From Perna viridis (taxonomy: Eukaryota): DNA of 64,000 nucleotides. The position numbers were made by a program, and so were the translations under genes. Every line of letters starts with the position of its first letter. The stretch's first letter is position 1. The stretch spans positions 6,820,001 through 6,884,000 of the forward strand of contig CM074518.1 in assembly GCA_037379345.1 (NCBI GenBank), given 5' to 3'. The notes beneath the pieces are model-generated. The model saw only the letters and a list, made by a program, of their open reading frames with translations, had not been told where the DNA came from and made no database searches. Shown here piece by piece: positions 1-14,713 of the stretch.

Positions 1-210
1 TTTCTTTCAGGGTATGGCACCGTGTAGTACAAAGTTTCAAAGTGATTCATTCCTTTTTACTCAAGTATTATACAGACCTCAGAAAAAACACTTGTTTCTG
101 GTCCCTTTGGGGTTCCTGATCTTTACTAGGCTCAAGTCACAACCCCTAAAATCAATCCCAGTCTCCCTTTCGTGATATGACACTTAGTTAAACAATTTCA
201 AAAGATTAAT
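1..210. repeat. Partial non-autonomous interspersed repeat (same family as 2210-3030)
   Basis: Shares the blocks GGTAT..CAC.TGTG.TACAA.TTTCAAAG and CCC.AAATCAATCCCAG with 2290-2640 and 49600-49670. Confidence 0.6.
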
Positions 211-610
211 TCATTGCAGGATGTAACATGTAGTTCTCAAGTAGATAAGAATATTTGAGAATATGTAAATTCTACTGTAACCTTGATCTAACAAATTACA
301 TATTAACCTAGATTTTATCAAGGATCTCAAAATTAACATTTGACACAAATGTAATAATATTTTCAAAATGATCTCTTTATATGGCAAGATCTGATAAGTT
401 TATCTGTTAATGCAGGATTAGACAAAAACTGACACAATAATCTGTTGAGCTGACCTTATAACCTCCAATGGCAGAAATTTCAAGCATTTCAGGACTCAAT
501 TACTAAGAATATAAGTATCAGCTAAATTGTATTAGCTCATATATCAGAATTTATCAAAGGAAATATGTACATGGTTGCCACAGTATTCCTATTGTAACGA
601 ATTACATTAC

Positions 611-3319
611 ATCACATAATAGTAGTCTATCTTCCCTATCACAGCGATCACAAATCTCACAAAAAGTGAGGTCCTCATCTTCTTCATCTTCTATCTCTCT
701 ATCTTCAACCGGAACCTGAATATAATAAGAATCGATTCTCTGGTCAGAAAATAAAACTAAATTTTATGGTATTAAAATCTAGATATGTGGAGTTTGCAAT
801 ATATTATATTGTTACAATGTTGTTAAAACTCTTTAACCAAAACATAACTGACAAACGTAATTAAAATGAAGACATTTTTTACAGTCAGATGAAAATTCAA
901 ATGGGGGTTGTATGGATAAAGAGCAATGAAATCTTCCATAAATGACCAGCCAACCTGACTTCGTCGTTACTGCTGATCAGAGGTGTTGAGTCTTAATCTA
1001 AATTTGCATATGTGTAAAAACATCACATTGCCTCAACTGCCCTCATGCAAATGTAAAACCTACTGCTTGTGAGATATCAAAATCTTCATTGACCACATAT
1101 AGTTTATAGTTTATCGCAAAGAGACATTGGGTAAACGAACTGAAAGTTTATTTTTTCAGTAACTCCGTGGTACCAGCTGCTCCAGTGGTGTAATAATTAT
1201 TTTGCCAGATTTATTTTTTGGACTTGAATTGATTATGAATCGAATTAGTGTTCGCTTACCCTTATTCACATTTTTTAAAGAACCTGTCACCATAAGTATG
1301 TTTCGCAAGTATTTAATGGAAAACCTGTCTGTCTACAGAACACATGTTCACAGTCTGAAAAAGAAACACAACATTGACACTCTCAACAGAGATTTTGCAA
1401 CACTATTAATAAAGTACCCTCCAATAATCCTTGAAAATGACTGAGTAATAGGGAAACAAAGAATGCTGTACGTTGTATTTTGGAGAATTTTTACATGATT
1501 TTTAAATCTTTTAAAACACCACGACAGCATTATAACATAACACGACCGCAATTTTAGCTGTCATATAAAAATCGATATAAAAAGTAGTGCAATAAGAAAC
1601 GTAACAAATTTTTTCAGTATATTGTTAGACCAATTTACAAACTCTGCTCAACATACATTTGCCCATTCTTGAGTGCATTCCAAATAAAAGTAGTGATTAC
1701 ATGACGCTGGTGTTTCAATATCTTGATTACGGAATTTATTCAGACAAATATGACAACTTTCTCCTTCTTCTCCATCATCATCACTGGAAACCAAGGTTAC
1801 AGCTAGCTTAAGTCTAGCTGTCTTAAGCATCTCCATAATCAATTTTCCACTCTGAAAACAGTAGCAAGTTATTTTCTGATATAGGAAAGTGCGTGCAATT
1901 TAAAATTAAACTCGTGGTAAATTAAAATTGACTCATGAAACGTTTATTTCATTTGGGCATGGTACACTACAGTTGTATTCTGAGAAAAAAACATACAATA
2001 GTAATTGCAATAATAAACTGGAGCACCTCAGATTTAAGACGGCGAACTAAGTGTACAAATTGGCAGACACTAGCCAATTACAATTTAATAGGAATAAAAT
2101 ATTTCACATGGCTTAATACAACTGCAGACATCGAACCATGAACAGTTGAAGCAAGTAGGGGCACACAACTTTCAAAATTGAATTTATTATTATTATTATT
2201 AGATATTGGATACTGGATAAGACCAGAATTGAAGAGGTCACTTTTTGGCCCATTTTTCTTACGTAGTTGAAGTAAAACCCTCATAAGTCATTCAAAACTG
2301 TTCTTTGGGGGTATAGCACTTGTGTTACAATTTCAAAGCGAGTCATTCCTTTTTATCAAATTAATATCCAGAAAAAAAAACAAACAAAAACAGCTGGTTT
2401 CTGGTCACTTCGTGGCTACTTATTCTGACTTGGCTCAAGTCATAACCCCAAATATCGATTGTAGTTTTCTTCTGGTGGTAAAAATAATTGAAGATCCATT
2501 TGTTTTCATTCAAGTTATAGACCGATTGTAAGGAAAATGCTTGTTTATGGCAAAAAAGTTCCAGTCTAAACCCTCAAATCAATCCCAGCATTCATTTGGT
2601 GGTATGGCTGCTTGTTAAACAATTTCAAAGTGATCCATTCACTAAAAATAAAATTATTGTTTGGATATCAGGAAAATACATGTTTCAACCCCCACCTTGG
2701 CCCCTAATTTTTAAATTATTTAAATTTAAGTTTTAACCACCAAAGTCAATACCAGTCTGACCATTGTGGTATAGAATATTGTGGAACAGCATTATAGACA
2801 TTCTTTTGATTTTACTGGAATTTGTAATTAAATTCTTTGAAATACTTGCTTTTGACCCCTAATTCTAAAACGGTGAGGGCCTTCACCTCAGCTTTCCTCT
2901 TGTGAAACCTTGTTACATTATTCGATAAAGATCAACCAACTGGTATTCAAGCTATCGCATAAAAAAAACAAGTGTCAACAGACTAAGCGACAGTGCCATA
3001 CTATTTTATGACTGCAGCGATATAAAAATAGTTGAAAAGATGAATGGAAAAGAAAATACCAAACCAAACAAACTTTGTTTGAACAGATCACCGAAAGAAA
3101 AAAAAGAACAAATATGATCTGACACCTTCACCTTCTCTCAATTCAACATCATTCCCCTCTTCTTCATCTCTACTTTCGTCTCCATCTGCATCATCGTCAT
3201 CATCTTCCTCATCATCATCAGATAGTATCTTCATCTTCATCATCGTCCTTGCCAAGCTTATCTTCTTCCTGAAGTGCAGGTGAAAATTCTTTTACATTCC
3301 CAAAGGCATCCACATTTCT
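611..3319 (-). pseudogene. PHRF1: PHD and RING finger domain-containing protein 1-like unprocessed pseudogene fragment
   Basis: Four AG-flanked exons in PHRF1 order. Acidic exon 3319-~3126 has a frameshift near 3225. RING exon 1851-1657 reads SDDDGEEGESCHICLNKFRNQDIETPASCNHYFYLECTQEWAN, with a RING Cys replaced by Tyr. Exon 1354-~1270 reads TVNMCSVDRQVFH*ILAKH with in-frame TAA at 1315-1313. PHD exon 715-~611 reads VPVEDREIEDEEDEDLTFCEICDRCDREDRLLLCD and then breaks off. This matches the PHRF1 RING-CPVDR-PHD arrangement as I recall it. Confidence 0.85.
2210..3030. mobile_element. Helentron/pearl (HINE)-like non-autonomous element with internal degenerate tandem units
   Basis: About five degenerate units each carry an AAATCAATCCCAG-like block. 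It ends in GACAGTGCCATAC...GCGATATAAAAA, a terminal style shared with 38540-39362 and 49575-49765. The class assignment is inference. Confidence 0.5.
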
Positions 3320-6300
3320 CTACGAAAGAAAAACATTTGTTTGGAGTGTCTCGAGTTGAGCTTCTATCAGGGTGTTGTAGAACTAGTCAAAACCTTACTA
3401 TAGTGAAGGTCAAATAATCATTATGCACACTCTGAGCTATTTCAATTAGTTTCAAATACTTAAAAGAAATTTTTGTTTCAATTTTTTTGGCATCCTACAT
3501 TCAACAGGAATAATTTTGATAGTCTGTTATTGTTCAAAACAAATACTATACTCACGGAACTAGGAAAATATTTCTCAATTATACAAGACTGCAACTGTTG
3601 ATTAATTCATCTGATATTCCTGGAAAACAATGCATCAATGAAAATACCAGCAATTTTAATCTCATATTTGCCATGCCTCATGGGTTGTTGTAGGCATATC
3701 TTAAAATTTTCTCTTTTTTATGTTTCATCGGTATGTATAAGCGATGATCTAAGCACATTTTCAATGAACCACGCTGGTCACGCTTTTACACACCAATAAA
3801 ACATAAAAACTGAAATATTTAATTCTAATTTGTGTTTCTTTTATTCTATTCATATTCTATTTTAGATTTATGAAGAAAATAAGCAATATGCAGTAATCAA
3901 TAAAAGTAGTCTACTTAATATTGTAGGCATGCCTTATATAAATAGTTTTGAGGATGTGTTTTATTAACTCATGAAACATCACGCGTCAAAGTATTTAACC
4001 AAAATTATTAGCCTATTTTAATGAAAAGCAAAGCAAATATAATTGAAATGTTATACATGTTGATGGATTATGCACAACTTGAATTACATGTCAATGGATA
4101 TAAATTAGATTTGAAAATGCAAAATTCCAGACATCAAAGGCAGACACCTTTTCTTAACAAAATTATTTTCACAAATACTGTATTGTAAGAGTACTTCAGT
4201 CCTTTAGATTGTCCTTAATTTCCCAGAGATGATTTTAGGTGAACACGCTTGAGAAATGTTATTTAAAAAAACATATGTACATATACATGAAAACTGAGTC
4301 TTGATTTCGATTTTTTAAAAATAATTTTCTCCTCTTCTATGAAGAAAAAAAACATAATAGAATTTATTGTTTGTAAATTAAGGAAAAGAATAGTAACTGA
4401 TACATGCTCTTATATAAAAAAAAGTAAGATTCCAATGGGGACCATAGAACTTTTAATATCTAAATCCATAAAATAACTTTAAATTTCACATCAATTTTCT
4501 ACCCTGGAAAAACAAATTTAAGTTTCCAATTTTTTTAAAAATTCATTCAGATAAGGTATTTAAAAATGTGCACGCTTAAAATACATTTATTTTGTATAAA
4601 ATACTGTATGATTCACTTTCAAACGCTTTAGATAATATATTAACACTATTGTGTGTAAAACTGACATTGAAGTTAGTAATTCAAGAGAAATACACACAAA
4701 TTTGAGTTCATAGTTTAAAAGAATTATAGAGGCATTTTTTCCTCTTTGTGATTGGGCTGATATTCAGATCTTAATAACAACAGTGCCTAAAAGACATTTT
4801 AATCAGATCACATATTGATTAATGATTCCACTGTTGGGTAATGATTGAAAAAGGTTTTTATGAATCATAGGGTTAATAGCTCAGCCAGGCCTAACTGCCT
4901 TTTAAACACTGTTACATTTCCTGTAAGAGACCTGTAGTATTCACTATGTATACAGATATAAATTTTAATTAATGAAAGGTTTAAATTAATGACTATTCAA
5001 TCTTGAACTGCATGGGATTTATTTTTGAAGATCTTTTTATCACAATGCTCTGGGTTGGATTGAGGAACTGACCAGAACAACATACCCACTATGAAATCAA
5101 TGATAAACTGTGCTTACATTTCCTTTCATATTATTACTTTTCTATATAAAATTTCAAATTTGTTTTGCAGAGTACTGAGTAATTATCTTAGTTGTAAAGG
5201 ATCTTAGTCGTAATTGACGAGACTTTCATCTCACTGACAGTGATACTGTAAAAGAAAATGTCCAAAAACAGTTCACGAAAAGTGGATTTAAATAGTATGA
5301 ACTTTCATGTATTAGATGCAGGGAATGAATAAGGGATTTTAGTCCGTTCTATAGTCACATGATTCAAATCTTGTGAAAATCCGCCCATCAACCTAAAACT
5401 AAACTTAATGTGACCTGAAGGGATATTTAAGCTGAGTTTTTATTTCTTTAATGACATCTCCTGAAACACTCACAATGGAAATGGACGCAGACACCAAATC
5501 ATTATTCAGGTAAAAGTTATTTTGTTTTCATTTTTAAAAAAAATTGTTTAGAAAATAGTTCTTGTGTTGTCTCTGACAAAAAATGAAAGTAATTCCGACT
5601 GTCTTTTTTTAAAGCGTTGCATTTACTATGCATGTATCTGTAGAGCGACATTAATTGAATATAGGAAATAGATAATAGATTTATTTGAAAAAAAAATATA
5701 AACTGATAAAACTTGAATTTTTGTGCCCTTAGTTTTTAACAGTTCAAAGTATATTTTTCTTCCTTCAATTGAATTTGAATTCAAGCATAAAAACTTATAC
5801 CTGTTCCTTGCTCTGCTTTTTAAGTCTATATAATTGCATATTTAAAATTCTTTGACACTTCATTTTGACTCCTGAATCCATCACATTGTTAAGTGAGAGA
5901 AATGTTTGAAACATATCTATATTTTTATGCCAAGTATTGCAGCTTGATTGTGAATAAAGTAAGTTAAGGATCATAAATAAATAATATCTTCAACTTTAAC
6001 AAATAAATCAACAGTGTCTATTATATTGATTACCATTTACAAAAAACATATTGTATTGTGTTTTTATTTCAATTAACCATTTTTCAGAAAATGCAAAAGC
6101 TAAATATATTACAGCATGTCGACAGATGCATCGTGTCATGATTTGGATTTTTTTTCATTTTAAGACAGTCAAAGAATCACTTTCTATTTTATGTTGACCT
6201 ACAAATTTGCGTATTTTAAATTATCTGTTTTTTTAAATATTTTAATTTTTTATATAGAACTGTCTTTCAGATATATTGATGCCAACCAAGAAAAATATGT

Positions 6301-6740
6301 TCAGCGACTATCGGATTCAGTTGTATTCAAAAGTGTGTCAGCATGGCCAGAAACGCGACCAGAGATAGTAAAAATGGTAGAATGGACGAAAAAGGTATTG
6401 GACTTTATTCAAGAAAATTAGGAATCCCTAGCTTTTATACCTCTGTCTATTAAGAGGTGAGGTATTAGACAGACAAGAATATACCATAAAACCCTTATCT
6501 AGAAAGATGGATGTTATGTATGGTATACTGTCTTTGTCCCTTTATCTATTGTTAGCACAGCAATCCAGAACATTTCACCAGTTTTCATTGAAACTTTGGT
6601 GCAGCACTGTTTCTTATTTTCTTGAGTCCCTTTTTTGTTTTGATTGGATTTTACGTTTTTGAGTCATAGGACTTTATTTAAACATATTATGCATCAATTT
6701 CTAATTTTTAAGCAATAAATAAAAACCACTTTCATCGATT

Positions 6741-7892
6741 TTAGCTTACCTGTCCGAAGACCATGTGTGCTATTGCCATCACTTGGCGTCCGTCGGCGTC
6801 GTCGTTAACAATTTTTCAAAACTCTTCTCCTCTGACACTACTCGACCAATTGGAACCAAATTTGGTATGAATGTTCCTTGGGGTATCCTGCATAGATTTA
6901 TGTGGGGACTTTTGATCCGTTGAAAAACATGACCGCCGTAACTAAAATAAAATAAAGGAATGTGGCAGTAGTTTTTCGCATATATCTCCAAAACCGTAAG
7001 GTTTAGCTAAATTCGGACGTAGATAACACTGTTCAGCATAGTGAGATCTATATGTAGTCAAATTGTAATTTTAATTTGTTAAGCCATGTTGGTGATATTG
7101 ATCTTTTTTAACTTTTTTTTGTTATTTTTAATGTTATTTCTTTCAAAAATCTTCTCCTCTGACACTACTTGACCAATTGGAACCAACTTGTTATGAATCT
7201 TCCCTGTGATATCTTGCATATAACTGATGTGGAATTTTTTGATCCGCTGAAAAAATGGCCGCCGTTACTAAAAAGAGATTATAAGGATCAGACAGTAATG
7301 TATCGCCAAAACTGTTAGGGAAAGCCAATTCTGACATATGGTAAAAGTGTTCAGCATGATGGGATCTATCTGTGGTCAAATTTCAATCTGTTAAGTCATG
7401 TTGGAAGAATTGCTCTTTTTCTACATTTTTTTTTCTATTTTTAATGCTATATCTGTCAAAAATCTTCTCCTCTAACACTACTTGACCAATTGGAACAAAC
7501 TTTGGTATGAATGTTTCTTGGAATAACCTGCATAGAATAGATGTTAAACAGTTGTTTATCGCATATATCTCCAAAACCGTTAGGTTTAGCCAAATTATTT
7601 TAATTGCTGACACAATCTTTATTATAAGGACTTTAAAAGTCTTCCGGGATCAAAGTCGTCAAGCGACTCCTGGTAAGAGTAATTGCCCTTTAAAGATGAA
7701 AAATGACGTGTTTTTGTTACAGTTTTCAGCCAATATCTTGAAAACTATGATAGAAAGAAAGAAACTTTCAATTGCTGAAATGATCCTTGTGATAAATTTC
7801 TTGAGTCAAATTGTTGGACAACTTGTTAAATTTATTGCCCTTGAAAGACAAACCTGAACCAGGTGATCGATTCCTGGGAGCCTGTTATTGTT
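6741..7892. mobile_element. pearl/CvA-like (Helentron-associated) non-autonomous element in CNDP2 intron 2
   Basis: Starts TTAGCTTACCTG and has an inverted partner CAGGTGA at ~7860. A GCGTCCGTCGGCGTCGTCG microsatellite lies near the start. Three ~320-bp-spaced copies of AAAA.TCTTCTCCTCT.ACACTACT.GACCAATTGGAAC occur at ~6817, ~7146 and ~7457. Confidence 0.7.
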
Positions 7893-9299
7893 AAAATATT
7901 TCTGTGTACCCTCTCTTTACAATTTTTTTTATATTTCCCTTTAATGCATTTTTCTAGTAATTGAACTTTTCTATTTCTATATATCTGGGAGGATTTTCTT
8001 AGTTTTGTACACTTCCCGAAATTTCTATGAAAGTTTAGTTATATCTGTCTTTCTTTTTTCTTTTGATGTAAACTCCTCTTCAATTGTTTTGTCCAACTGA
8101 ACATTTTAAAGTTTTTGAATTTCACTTATTACAAAAATTTAGAAATTTCCTGTTTCATACCATCACTCAAAAAAGTTTTCTAGCAATTTTCGTGAAACGT
8201 TGATGAATTGTTTATTTCTATTGATTAGAGCTTCCTTTAATTTGTTTAATTTTGAAATTTTACATTTTCAAGCTATGGACTTTATAAAAATTGTATTATT
8301 TCCCAATTAGTCATGATAGATCCCTTCGATTTGATTGTGTATAATATGTATTAGATATTGATGTGTAGAACCTTTTTATGGCAATAAAATGAAATCTGTG
8401 TTGCGCATTGATGATTTTCCCTACACATTTGTAATGTGATTTAGGAATTGGAAAAACTTGGCATACAAACAGAGCTTACAGATATTGGAAACCAAACATT
8501 ACCAGATGGATCAAAACTGGCATTGCCTCCAGTTTTACTTGGTACCCTTGGTAACGATCCTAAGAAGAAGACATTATTGGTTTATGGTCATTTAGATGTA
8601 ATGACTGCCCGTATGGTAAGGAATCATGAAGTATAGATATTGTGTACACCCTTGATACATCATCCCCAAATATAATTAAGGTATTAATTACAAAAGAATA
8701 TATTTATAAATATATCGCATTGATTTTATTATATATATTATCTGGTCCATAATTTTATTATAGCAGATACAGGCATTCACTCTTATGTTATATTCCTAGT
8801 TATACCAAATTCATCAATTCATTTACCTCCAAACAATAGTGTTTTACCAGCATCTGTTTGTAAAAGACAACCAATGACAAAGGCAATTATAAAACATTCA
8901 TTATAAACAATGATATATAATTGCGCTATTATCATTGTTTGTACTGTGGCGTCATTGTGGTTGATAGACAATTTGAGTTTGTTTGGTTGATATCTATACA
9001 ATTTGATAACTAAGTAAAATACTACAATGTTGTTAAAAGTCAATTTAAAACATCCACTTCCAGTAAAGGAAAAAATAAGTCTTGTCTCTCCATACATGGA
9101 CACTATAAACTATAATAAAAACTCAACATTTAACTATCTGGGTAATTTCAACACAGTTACATGATAGCAGTATGATTTATAATTGTAATAGAGAAACGTA
9201 GTGAATCTTATGACCTAGTTACTTTGACTTGTATCAAAAGAGCTACATCACTGCAGCTAGTAAGTGTCAAGTTCAGTGAGTCATTCGGTAAAACGTTGA

Positions 9300-10140
9300 A
9301 ACTAAATGAAGATATTTGTCTCATCTGTGATATTGAAACTTATATTGATCAAATTGTGATATCGATTGTAAAACGTCTGTAGTGATGATATTAACAAACG
9401 CTGAACATACCTTTGATTGAAATGTTTGATAACATCCGCGCTCTACAGAGAAAGTGTATGTACAGATCAAAGGCTTGACAATAATGGATCAACTGTGAAA
9501 TGTATCCATAGGATGGAGATGTTATTTTGCCACTAAGAAAGGGGAAATTTTACTATTGGAAAGTCAAAATCATCATATTTGTTATCAAGTTGTGATTTCA
9601 AACATCCTGTATTATATATGTAGAAATATAGGTTGAGATATGAGACAGATAAAGGTGTGTCAGTTTTCTCTGAGTCTTTAATTTCACATTCCTGTGGGTG
9701 GGTTAGATGTAAGTAATCCTTGAAACTAGGATTATTTCAGATAGAGTAATGGAAACTGAAATTGAAAGACTTACCTGCTCCATTTTTTCCCTTACTAGTC
9801 CATGTAAAAAGCTGGCCTCATAAGACTGTAGGAACAGATAAGCCAAAAGTGTAGCGCAATTCATTCCCATGTGTATTGCGATAGTCTGCTGGAATATGTG
9901 TCCCCCATATTCAACAAGAATATTGTCAACCAGAAATTCCAATATTTTAACAACATCCGACTCAGAGTACTTTTTGTTAGAACCAGTTTGTGTTTTTGTT
10001 TTGTTTTTTTTTCCATAAAATAAGCCTTTTCTCCACCTAATACGCGACTATCACATCTTTTAGTTCCCTGCTTTGTATAAAACAATTGGTGAAACAGATT
10101 TCGTAGAGCTGACTTCAGTCTAGATTTTGATGTTGTGTTT
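9300..10140 (-). mobile_element. Decayed Penelope-like retroelement RT fragment
   Basis: Frameshifted ORFs give FLVDNILVEYGGHIFQQTIAIHMGMNCATLLAYLFLQSYE, equivalent to the [17 protein letters not shown] motif. PQECEIKD and DDFDFPIV follow downstream. Confidence 0.8.
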
Positions 10141-11247
10141 TTAGTTGATGTGCTGGGGTTCACAGTATTATTTAGGACCTTACATACAACTATTTTATAA
10201 AGCAGCGTCATCATGTATACTATAGTCCAAGTCACCTCAGATTGTTTGCGTTTTTTTGCGTTTATTTTTGTAATTACTCGACGGTTCCTTTCAAAAACTT
10301 TCCATTTTATTCATGTCGTTCTGTACTACGATTCCCTTACATTATTTTTCGTTCTTACCTCCTAGATTGAAAAAAATCAAAATTTATTTTTCCTACGAGA
10401 ATTTTGCATTGAATGTATTGTTTATCCGCCATCTTGTTTCTATGGATATTTTGAAATGTTCCCTATTATCTCACAATTGAAGAGCTGAAATACCATGATT
10501 TCCCGCCATATTTCAGCTCTTTACCTTTGGAAAAAGACAAAACCAGAAGTTCCGAATGAAAATGCTACAACTGGTACTTTATAAGAGTCTTACCACATAA
10601 AGTAATAAATTAGCAGGGAACCAGAAATATATTATAAATTGACTTTCAAGAATCAACATCACTCTTGCTTATTTTTGGTTATGCCGATAGGTCTAAATAG
10701 TCTGTGATTGCCAATATCCAACAAGATGGCAATCGATTTATATCTAAGCACATGTGGGTTAGTTGCGGATATGGCCAGACATTGCTCGTAAATGAACATA
10801 CTTTTAAGAGGCAAAGCATACAGTTTTGTTTGAATATAATGAATACTTAGGGGTTGATTCATGTATGACAGTAATTCATCTATAGAGATGTCAAACAAAG
10901 ATGGAGGATTATAACCTCTATATGTATGTCTTTGACTACGTTTGCAACATATTCATCACATTCACAGAAATACAGCGGAGACTAGACAGATTGCTTACAC
11001 TTTTGATATTTTGGTTGCATTGTATGGTATTGTGGTCTTATGCTCTCAAATCCAGAGTTCTTTCATATGGTGTACTTAAAAAAAGACTATTCGTGTGGTG
11101 ATATGTTATAAGGGTTCTAACTAAATTAACAACTGAATGTTCAGCTTGGTTTCAGTTTTATGATAATTGTTATTATTTATGTCAAATTAATGACCACATA
11201 TTCTTTTGGCTAAACTGATCATTTGTTTCACCAACTGGACTATTGAT

Positions 11248-11420
11248 AAGAGTAGTCAAGGGAACCAATGTTATAGCGGCAATCAAAAGAATGTATTCCA
11301 GGGACAAAGACCAGACATGGAAAACAGGCATACACAACAAAGAACATAAAGTGACCAAATCATACATACAAAGTAACAAAAGCAAATGAGCAACTCGGAC
11401 TCCAATAAAAACTGGGAGCA
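11248..11420 (-). mobile_element. Penelope-like element 3' tail (5'-truncated)
   Basis: Reverse complement of the tail at 23945-24115. It ends ~26 nt before CNDP2 exon 4. Confidence 0.85.
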
Positions 11421-12437
11421 CGATAAACTATAATATTGTGTTTCAGGATGATGGTTGGGACACTGAACCTTTTGTTTTGACAGAGGTTAAAGGTAAATTG
11501 TATGGAAGAGGATCCACTGATGATAAGGTGAATATCAAAATAATGATATATATACTGTCTTGGGATTGATACTAAAGGTTTTAATTATATCCATGCGAAC
11601 AAAGGTTAGTGGAATCACAGTCTGTTTGCCTTAAAATTTATGAATATGGTATGTACAAGTTGTCTTAAAAAATCTATTGAATTTTGAATAAACTTATGAA
11701 GTGCCATCTGGAGATTTGCATGAAACAAGACATATGTGGTGGATGTTTGCAAAGGAAGATCATTGAAGTAAAAGTGTTTTTTTTTTTTTAAGTGCACCTT
11801 TACTTTATCATTCTGTGTATTTTCCTGTAACTTCATTTCAGTTGGGATATCATTTGGGAATTAGTTGCATAAAAATATAAAAAAAAAATCAAAAACAAAA
11901 ACATCTGAACTTTCTTTAACAATTTTTACTTCATATTTCACAGTGTCAGCTACCAGTGCTGTGTCAATCAAAATGAGAGATAAGTCAAGTATTTATATAG
12001 ATACTGCTCTTAGTTTCACTTGATGTTCAAATGTGTGTTACTGTTTACTTTCTCATTACAGGGACCAGTTCTTGATTGGGTCAATGCAATAGAAGCTATG
12101 CAAAAACTGAACCAAGAGATACCCATTAATATCAAGGTACAACTCAACAGAAGTTTTATTAAGTCTTTGAGAAACGTGTATTAGAAGATGAACATATAGT
12201 TGTTTACAAGTGAATTTCTGTTTGTCCATCTTTCATTTCTCTGTAAATATGATGTGACACAGATATGGGACACTTTGTGTAGTATCCTTGGACTAATATG
12301 TATATATTTAAAATTAGTAGTGTTATAATAATGTGTATAAAGTAGCAATCGAAGCAACAACAAGTTCTAAATGAATTGATTGATGCAACTTATAAAATTG
12401 TCACATTGATGGCATATATACTAGTTATTAAGTATTA

Positions 12438-12610
12438 GCTGATTCTCAAGTAAAGTGTTGGTTTATACACTAGCCAATGATGACTGATACACTAGTGAAA
12501 TTTTGGCTGATACACTAAAGAAATATTGGCTGATACACTAGTTAAATGTTGACATATACACTATTCAATGTTTCGCTGATACACTAGTCAAATGTTGACT
12601 GATACAATAG
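12438..12610. repeat. ~23-bp minisatellite, ~7 degenerate copies
   Basis: Unit GCTGATACACTAGTNAAATNTTG repeated. Confidence 0.8.
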
Positions 12611-13294
12611 GCAACGGGTTTTTCATGATTGATGCTTTAAAGAACAACTACTGATAATGATGTTGAAGCTGTTGCTAGTATTGAATACTTGTAAGAACAA
12701 CAGTTGATACTGATGTTAATGGTTTTATGGTTAATACTTTTTTTTTAAATTGCTTGCAGTTTGTTTTGGAGGCATGGAGGAGTCAGGCTCTGAAGGTCTT
12801 GATGATTTATTGATGTCCTTAAAGGACTCGTTCCTTAAGGTAATATAAATTTCAATAGTAAAATATGTTCTTGAATTGAAAAAAAATCCTAGGGAAAAAT
12901 ATAACAATAAGTGAAAGATCCAATCTCTTCACAATGTAGTATTTAGGTCAAAGTTTTCCTGCAGATGTTATTTTGACATCGTTGAAACAGCTGTTTTGAT
13001 TGAGTGTTTGACCATTTTAAGACACCTTTGTATAAAAATGTTGTTTTTTTTTAGGAAACGTTGTTTGATTGGTTTTTCATTTTCATCAATCTACGACGAA
13101 GTCAGTCCCAAGTATTGTTAGTACTGGCACATAATTGTAACCTCTTACCTTTTTAATATGAGACTTATCTTTTTTCACTATTTTTATTAGTTTTTAAAAT
13201 ACCATAAATTTTTCGCTATGGGTTTCTCCTAATCTTGAAGTTATATTTTATTTTGTAGGATATAAATTTTGTATGCATATCCGATAACTACTGG

Positions 13295-13615
13295 CTTGGA
13301 AAAAAGAAACCCTGTGTCACATATGGTCTGAGGTAAGAAATCTTGTGTGGAAGAAACACTGTATCACATTTGTCTTGAGGTAAGAAATATAACTTCTGTG
13401 TGGAAGGAATGCTGTATCACATTTGGCCTGAGGTAAGAAACATAAATGCTGTATGGAAAAAATGCTGTTTTACCTTTGTCTTTAGGTAAGAAATATAACT
13501 CTTGTTTGGAAGAAACACAGTATCACATTTTGCCTGAGGAAATAAATGTAATCCCTGTTTTGTAGAAACCTATTATGAAATATGAACTGAGGTAAGAAAT
13601 ATAACTCTCGTGTAG
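13295..13615 (+). repeat. 53-bp tandem repeat derived from the CNDP2 exon 7/intron 7 junction
   Basis: AG|GTAAGAAA recurs with GT at 13333, 13380, 13433, 13486 and 13592, with a mutated GA copy at 13539. Spacings are 47, 53, 53, 53 and 53 bp. Confidence 0.85.
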
Positions 13616-14713
13616 AATAATTATCAGGAATGTTTATGTATTTACATTCAAACTGATTGTTCTTATGTGCCTTATTATTTTATTATCAGTTCACTACCCA
13701 TTTTAGTAAGCATTGTATATTATGTCAGATTGACAGTAAAGTCACTAATAGCTGGAAGAAAACCTGGTTGATAATAATTTTAAACTGAATGTAGTTATCT
13801 TTTTTATTGAAAGTTAGATGCATATGCAGTGTATGGTTCAGTTTTGGGTATCAGTAAGATAATGTGACAAAAACTTTTTCAGAGGCATCACTTATTTCTA
13901 TGTGGAAATTGAATGTTCATCAAAAGATCTACATTCAGGAGTGTTTGGGGGAACAATGTAAGTTGCCAAATTAATTCAAAGTTTTCTGTGTGTCTTTACT
14001 TAACGCACATTCTTAGTTTTAACTATGAACTGTAAATTACTGATTATCCATACAAACAATTTAAGAGATATTGTAAATTCTGAAATCATTCCAATATTTT
14101 TGTTCTTGCCAACAAATGCAATGAGACTGTGATTGCAACAATAAACAAAATATACTGTGGTATTTTCTGTATGATGGCATGTTTTTTTTATCCATCTTGA
14201 GATGTTAAATTCAAATTTTCAATATACATGTGCTAAGACAAGGAAATATTATTTAGGTGTAAAATGGCAAAGTAGCAATGATGAATGCATGCACTTATTT
14301 TTGAATTTACGGTATATTACAGTACAAAGTCTACCTGAAGAATTTTATGATATGAATTTACTTCGTATTGATAAGTTTTTTTCGAAAATACAATACAATA
14401 CTCTTTATTAAATGTCTTTTATAGACATGAAGCAATGACAGACTTGATGGCTGTCTTAGGTTCATTGGTAGACGTCAATGGGAAGATCCAGATTACTGGT
14501 ATATATGACACTGTTGCCAAGGTTACTGAAGAATTATGATCCCACTGAATTTGATTTGATAAGTTGTTATGCCTTAAATTTAATATTAAAATATAGAATC
14601 CTTCTTTGTGTGCAATTAATTGTCATATCTCTAATAAGAAGATATTAAACCCTTGAAAACCTCTGGACAATTTTATGACAAGTGCAGAAATTTGTTATAC
14701 TGTTAATTAATAT

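Noticed and set aside
6779-7857. ORFs of 62-116 aa in CNDP2 intron 2
   Set aside because: They lie wholly inside a non-autonomous repeat and show no recognisable domain.
10420-10560. YY1-like CCGCCATCTT/CCGCCATATT motifs suggesting an intronic promoter
   Set aside because: I found no associated exon or transcript. The motifs are short and common inside DNA-transposon remnants.
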